This document shows, piece after piece, positions 59,671 to 64,000 of a stretch of DNA of 64,000 bases (position 1 is its first letter; each line of letters starts with the position of its first letter). This DNA is from Candidatus Omnitrophota bacterium (GTDB lineage: Bacteria > Omnitrophota > Gorgyraeia > 1-14-0-20-64-10): positions 339,306-403,305 of the forward strand of contig JAMWCF010000001.1 in NCBI GenBank assembly GCA_023818695.1, in the 5' to 3' direction. The notes below the pieces were generated by a model, which did not search any database, was not told where the DNA came from, and worked only from the letters and a program-made list of their open reading frames with translations. A program made the position numbers and the translations under genes.

Positions 59671-61329
59671 ATGGCAACCGGGACAGTCGGAATTTACATC
59701 GGAACGGAAAATATCGACGTTGTTCATCTCGGCGGCACGTTTCAACGCCCGAGACTCCTCAATTTCGTTCGAACCCCCATCCCCGCCCAATCGGCCTGGC
59801 GGGCCAAAATCAGGGCTGAAGAATCCAGCGCTCCCGGCCTCGCGACCGCCGCTGGAGCCGGCGCGAAACAGCAGGTCTTGGACCAGGAAATCATCGCGGA
59901 ACTTCGGAAAGCCCTCCAGAAAGCGAACATCGCCACCAATAAAGTTTACGCGGCCGCCTCACCGGAATCGATCGTCATCCGCTACTTCCAGATGCCCACC
60001 ATTCCACCGCACGAAAGGAAACTGGCCGTCTCTTTCGAGGCCAAGAAGTACCTTCCCTTCAAGTTGGAAGATCTGATCACCGATTTCCAGGTCGTCGTCC
60101 GGCGGGCCGATCCCACCATCATGCGCATCATGTTCTTCGGAATCAAAAAGAACTCCATGAACACCTATCTCTCGCTCCTTCAGGGAGCAAACATCGTTCC
60201 CCTGTGCCTGGAACCCGCTCCTCTTTCCGTTGTGCGGCTGGTTCGCCAAACCGGACAGCTTCAACCGAATCAGGTCGCCGCCATCTTGAGCGTTGAAAAA
60301 GATACCGCCACGATCAGCATAGCGGGAGAAACCCTGCTTTACTTGAGCCGGAACGTCAGCATCATGACGACCTACGACACCTCCGCGACGGAACCCTCCG
60401 GCGAATTATTGGAAGCACTCATCAACGAAACGCGGGTGTCGGTCGACTATTACCGGCGGCGATTTCTCGGCGAACCAAGCGTCAGCAAAGTGATCTTGTT
60501 CGGGCAGGGGGTGAATGCCAAGCGGATAGAGGAAATGTCAACCACCCTCGAGCTGCCGGTGGAGCTGGGAGACCCTTTTAAAAGAATCACCGGCAATATG
60601 AAGGACATCCCGCTCACGGCTGCCAGCGCCATCGGCCTGGCGTTGCGGCCTCTTGAAAAACGCCAAGGGGAATCCAATCTTCTGCCAGCCGAGAGCCGCC
60701 GGGAACTTTCCGGCGTACTCAAACCTGTGGGCGTGAGTCTGGGAACGGCTGCGGCGCTGCTGGCGGCCTGTTATTTCTTCACGATGTTTGACCTATCCTC
60801 TCGAGAACAGAAGATCAACACCTTGAGGAGCCAGGAAACCGCCATCAAATCGGCTGCGCCGGGAACCCCTCTCGCAGATCTGCAAACGATTCAAAGCCGG
60901 CAACAGGCCCAGTTGCGGTTCGTCCGCGGGATCACGGAAGCGACCAAGGACAGGACGACGCTTTTGGCGGAAATAACAACTCTTCTGCCTCCGGAAGCGT
61001 GGGTCCGATACCTGGTCATGGAGGATACCCTGACCATCCTCAACAATGAAAACCTGAATTTTGAAAGAAAAAAACTCCTCCGGCTGGCAGGAGGTTCTTA
61101 TGCACAAAACCAGGCCAAGGAATTCGAGGGGATAAACGGCTTCTTGGCTTCCCTTCGGGAGAACAGGTACTTTCAGGCGGTTTTCACCGGGTTCAACCTG
61201 GACGCCGTTCAAAGGAGTCTCTATGAAGAGGAGGAGATCACGGAATTCCGTCTGACCTGCTCTTCCAACCCGGAGGATGCCAAATCGGATTCTTCCTTAA
61301 CGATGCCCGGCGGAGGATGGCGGCGATGA
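59671..61329 (+). CDS. PilM-PilN fusion protein (GspL-like architecture) of a type IV pilus / type II secretion-like system
   Basis: Actin-like PilM region (VGIYIGTENIDVVHL, FEAKKYLPFKLEDL, LCLEPAPLSVVRL), then the PilN-type NLLP motif at aa 336-339, a TM helix at about aa 351-373 and a periplasmic PilN-like domain. Confidence 0.75.
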   Translation: MATGTVGIYIGTENIDVVHLGGTFQRPRLLNFVRTPIPAQSAWRAKIRAEESSAPGLATAAGAGAKQQVLDQEIIAELRKALQKANIATNKVYAAASPESIVIRYFQMPTIPPHERKLAVSFEAKKYLPFKLEDLITDFQVVVRRADPTIMRIMFFGIKKNSMNTYLSLLQGANIVPLCLEPAPLSVVRLVRQTGQLQPNQVAAILSVEKDTATISIAGETLLYLSRNVSIMTTYDTSATEPSGELLEALINETRVSVDYYRRRFLGEPSVSKVILFGQGVNAKRIEEMSTTLELPVELGDPFKRITGNMKDIPLTAASAIGLALRPLEKRQGESNLLPAESRRELSGVLKPVGVSLGTAAALLAACYFFTMFDLSSREQKINTLRSQETAIKSAAPGTPLADLQTIQSRQQAQLRFVRGITEATKDRTTLLAEITTLLPPEAWVRYLVMEDTLTILNNENLNFERKKLLRLAGGSYAQNQAKEFEGINGFLASLRENRYFQAVFTGFNLDAVQRSLYEEEEITEFRLTCSSNPEDAKSDSSLTMPGGGWRR

Positions 61330-61952
61330 AAGTCCCGGCACTTCCTTCAGGATTTTCCCAGGGTATTGCCGAAAGAATCCCGCGTTCCCAACGGATCGCT
61401 CTCATGGTGGTGACCTTGTTTATCGGGACCATGCTCCTGGGCATCTCGACCATCTATACACCCTGGATGACCCGCCGCCAAGAGCTTGAACGTCAATACA
61501 GCGAAGAGCTTCAGCGGGGCAGCGTCATCGCCAACATCAAAAACATCGAGGAACAGTTGGCTCAACAGGAAAAAAAACTGATCCTGAAAGACGGCGATAC
61601 GCCTCTGCTGACCCGGGAGATAACGCGGATGGCCTCCCGTGCCGGCGTGGAAGTCATCTCCGTCCTTCCGCAGAATGAACTAAGGATCGGCAATTACGTC
61701 AAACTGCAGATCCGGCTGGACGCGGCCGCGGGTTACGCCGATCTGGTCCGGCTCATCCATGCCATCGAGCGTTATGAACCGATCCTGCAAATCGACCAGT
61801 TGGAGATGGGGAACCCCCCTCAGATGACTCAAAGCGACGTCTACCGGCGGGTCGACACCTCTGCCACCTCGATTCAGGTGGAAGCGGGGCAGGGTCGTCA
61901 AAAAATCAAATTACTGATCAGCGCTTTTGCCTTGGGGAGCACCAAGTCATGA
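61326..61952 (+). CDS. PilO-like (GspM-like) pilus/secretion alignment protein
   Basis: N-terminal TM, coiled coil (QELERQYSEELQ...EEQLAQQEKK), C-terminal ferredoxin-like pattern GNYVKLQIRLDAAAGYADLVRLIHAIE; ATGA overlap. Confidence 0.65.
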   Translation: MKVPALPSGFSQGIAERIPRSQRIALMVVTLFIGTMLLGISTIYTPWMTRRQELERQYSEELQRGSVIANIKNIEEQLAQQEKKLILKDGDTPLLTREITRMASRAGVEVISVLPQNELRIGNYVKLQIRLDAAAGYADLVRLIHAIERYEPILQIDQLEMGNPPQMTQSDVYRRVDTSATSIQVEAGQGRQKIKLLISAFALGSTKS

Positions 61953-62521
61953 GCAAAACCCAACTGTTACAACTTGGGGGAATCGGACTGCTTATCGCCT
62001 TGGCCTTTTTCTTTATACAGTCACAAAAGAACTCGAGCGTTCCCTCCGCGGTTAACCCGCAGGCCGTTTCAACCCAGCTGGCGTTCCCGTCGAAATCTCC
62101 AGCCAAGGATGATTCGGCGCTGGCCTCCGCCGCCTCACAGCAAGCGGAACCTCCCGCGATCAGCCGTGACCCCTTCGAGCTTCCGCCCTTGCTACAAGAG
62201 GTTCTCCGCCAGAAAGAGCTGGCACAGGTCAAGACGACTCCGGTCCCCGTGGGTCCCATCGACACCCATCTGACTCCCCAATTAAGACTCCAGGGGATTA
62301 TGTGGGGAATCGCTCAACCGAAAGCCATTATCAACCGACGGATCGTTGCTGTGGGGGATACCATTGAGAACGCCACCGTCGTCGCTGTCAGCAAGGATGG
62401 GGTGACGGTCTCCTTCGCAGGGCAGGAATACCTTCTGAAACTGCCGACGAAGGGTGGGGCAGGAGCGGGGACACAGACATCGACATGGCCAAATCAACAA
62501 TACGGGGGACAATCATTCTAA
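61949..62521 (+). CDS. PilP/GspC-like secretin-associated protein
   Basis: N-terminal TM, Pro/Ala/Ser-rich linker, C-terminal beta domain LQGIMWGIAQPKAIINRRIVAVGDTIENATVVAVSKDGVTV. Confidence 0.45.
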   Translation: MSKTQLLQLGGIGLLIALAFFFIQSQKNSSVPSAVNPQAVSTQLAFPSKSPAKDDSALASAASQQAEPPAISRDPFELPPLLQEVLRQKELAQVKTTPVPVGPIDTHLTPQLRLQGIMWGIAQPKAIINRRIVAVGDTIENATVVAVSKDGVTVSFAGQEYLLKLPTKGGAGAGTQTSTWPNQQYGGQSF

Positions 62522-64000
62522 TGAGAGCAAGGGAGGGCGCGACATTGAAAACCCGGACGGAGAACCTGATTTTCTTTTTTTTCATCCTCATGGGACTGTT
62601 GGTGCCACTCAAGGCGTCAGGCCAAACACCCGAGGAGAGCGCAGGCGGAAAGCTGTTCGGCGGCAAAGCCGCCGCAACCGTTTCCATCGATGTCACCGAG
62701 GCCTATCTAGAAGATGTCTTGAAATTGCTTTCCCAGCAGACCGGTTTAAGCTTCGTCGCCTCCGAGGAAGTGATCGGCCGGCGTTTGACGCTGTATCTGG
62801 ACAAGGTCCCGGTTGAGGCCGCCATTCAATCGATTCTGGACGCGAACTTTCTCGCGCTTCGCCAACCCAGTCAATCCACCCCCACTCTCTATATGGTCAC
62901 ATCATCCGGTCTGCCGAAAATCGGAACTGTTACGAAGGTCTACATCCTGAAATACGCCAGGGTAATCCCAAGCGCCGGGGAGATTATTCCCACCTTCGGA
63001 CTGTCCGGGTCCCTCATTGTTCAAACACTCTCGGGAGACGAGGAAGGGGGAACCGGTGGCGGAGGGGGATCCGGCGGCACACCCTCCCTCAGCGGAGGCG
63101 TGGGAAGCGCCTTCGGAGGGCAAACTCAAGGAATCAGTACCGGCTTCATGGCCATCATTCGGTCCATTCTGACGGAACACGGTTCGGTTGCGGCGGATCC
63201 GCGGCTTAATGCGGTCATCATCACGGATGTCCCGGAGAGGTTCCCTCTCATTGAAGAGACAATCGCCAAGATTGACGTTAAACCAATTCAGATCTACATC
63301 GAGGGGGAAGTCTTGGAGGTTTCTTTAGATACGCTTCGTCGGCTTGGGCTGGAGTATGGGAGCTCCGAGGGCACCCTGGGAAGCTATACTTTGCCGACCC
63401 GCTTTTCTGCCTTCCCCTATCACCTAGGATTGCTTGAAGGGGCCTCCGGAACACCGACCTTTGGAACGCTCGCTTTTTCGGACGGCAATATCGTCTTCCG
63501 GATGCTGGCGACGGAATCGGATGTTCAGTTCTTGGCAAGACCCCGGCTCGTCACCCTGAACAACGAGGTAACGGAGATCCGGATCATATCGGAGCCGGTG
63601 ATCAGCATCACGACGTCCTCCCAGGTGGACACCGGCACAATCAACGAAGAACCGAAGCGGACCACCGTCGGAACGATCCTTCGGGTAACACCGATTGTGA
63701 ACGAGAATTCATACATCACCATGGTCCTCGAGCCGGAAGTCTCAAAAGTTGTTGCTTCATCGACTTTCACCAACCAACTCGATCCGACAAGACGCCTCGC
63801 CCGAACAACCGTCATGGTTCCGGATGGAGGGACCGCCATGGTGGCCGGTCTGATCTCTACGGAAAACACCAGGACGGGCCGGCGCCTGCCGGTCCTGGGG
63901 GATATCCCCTTGCTCGGGCTGCCGTTCAAAAGGACAGACACCCAGCGCAACAACACCGAAATCATCGTTTTCATCACACCCTCGATCATGCATGAAGAAA
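62521..64000 (+). CDS. Secretin (PilQ/GspD family), 5' partial; continues beyond the window
   Basis: It is absent from the ORF track because no stop lies in the window. ATG 62521 overlaps the upstream TAA by 1 nt. Signal peptide, N0-like domain (VSIDVTEAYLEDVLKLLSQQTGLSFV) and secretin core (ARPRLVTLNNEVTEI, GGTAMVAGLI, LPVLGDIPLLGLPFK, IIVFITPSI). Confidence 0.9.
   Translation, partial: MRAREGATLKTRTENLIFFFFILMGLLVPLKASGQTPEESAGGKLFGGKAAATVSIDVTEAYLEDVLKLLSQQTGLSFVASEEVIGRRLTLYLDKVPVEAAIQSILDANFLALRQPSQSTPTLYMVTSSGLPKIGTVTKVYILKYARVIPSAGEIIPTFGLSGSLIVQTLSGDEEGGTGGGGGSGGTPSLSGGVGSAFGGQTQGISTGFMAIIRSILTEHGSVAADPRLNAVIITDVPERFPLIEETIAKIDVKPIQIYIEGEVLEVSLDTLRRLGLEYGSSEGTLGSYTLPTRFSAFPYHLGLLEGASGTPTFGTLAFSDGNIVFRMLATESDVQFLARPRLVTLNNEVTEIRIISEPVISITTSSQVDTGTINEEPKRTTVGTILRVTPIVNENSYITMVLEPEVSKVVASSTFTNQLDPTRRLARTTVMVPDGGTAMVAGLISTENTRTGRRLPVLGDIPLLGLPFKRTDTQRNNTEIIVFITPSIMHEE

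Noticed and set aside
62454-62816. 120-aa + strand ORF listed in the track at the secretin 5' end.
   Set aside because: It is out of frame with, and overlapped by, the much better supported secretin frame starting at 62521, and its sequence is Arg/Gly-rich.

Overview
This is a high-GC, very compact chromosomal segment from a diderm bacterium, judging by TonB systems, a TonB-dependent receptor, a secretin and an LPS-heptose gene. I call about 70 CDSs, all on the + strand, and many are joined by 1-4 nt start/stop overlaps. Order of content: (1) a glycan/glycolipid locus with an SDR epimerase, three GT2 genes, gmhB and an MGDG-synthase-like GT; (2) UDG-priA-def-fmt; (3) two tandem GalT-like HIT genes; (4) gap-pgk-tpiA-secG; (5) an Opp/Dpp-type ABC operon interrupted by a methyltransferase and a CE4 deacetylase; (6) glgC, thiG, a LeuB-family dehydrogenase, asd and truA; (7) a histidine kinase / receiver pair; (8) a Fur-headed cluster (fur, DUF2292, TonB-dependent receptor, exbB-exbD-tonB, PhnDCE-type ABC transporter, His-rich secreted protein, Dps-like ferritin); (9) rplM-rpsI; (10) a long biosynthetic run (argCJBDFGH, lysA-dapF-dapA-dapB-dapL, folK-panC-panD, nadX-like); (11) a small tandem-repeat basic protein; (12) uvrA; (13) a second exbB-exbD pair, a DUF2582 wHTH and cutA; (14) a MerR-type HTH followed by a PilM-PilN fusion, PilO-like, PilP-like and a secretin gene running off the window end. 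I found no rRNA, tRNA, CRISPR array, transposase, integrase or recognisable defence system. I see no clear-cut novel system. The most unusual items are the GalT pair in which one copy has lost the nucleophilic His, the enzyme-interrupted ABC operon, the composition of the Fur-headed cluster, phased direct repeats before the pil-like cluster, and the PilM-PilN fusion. All calls come from reading the sequence and remembered family motifs; no searches were run.
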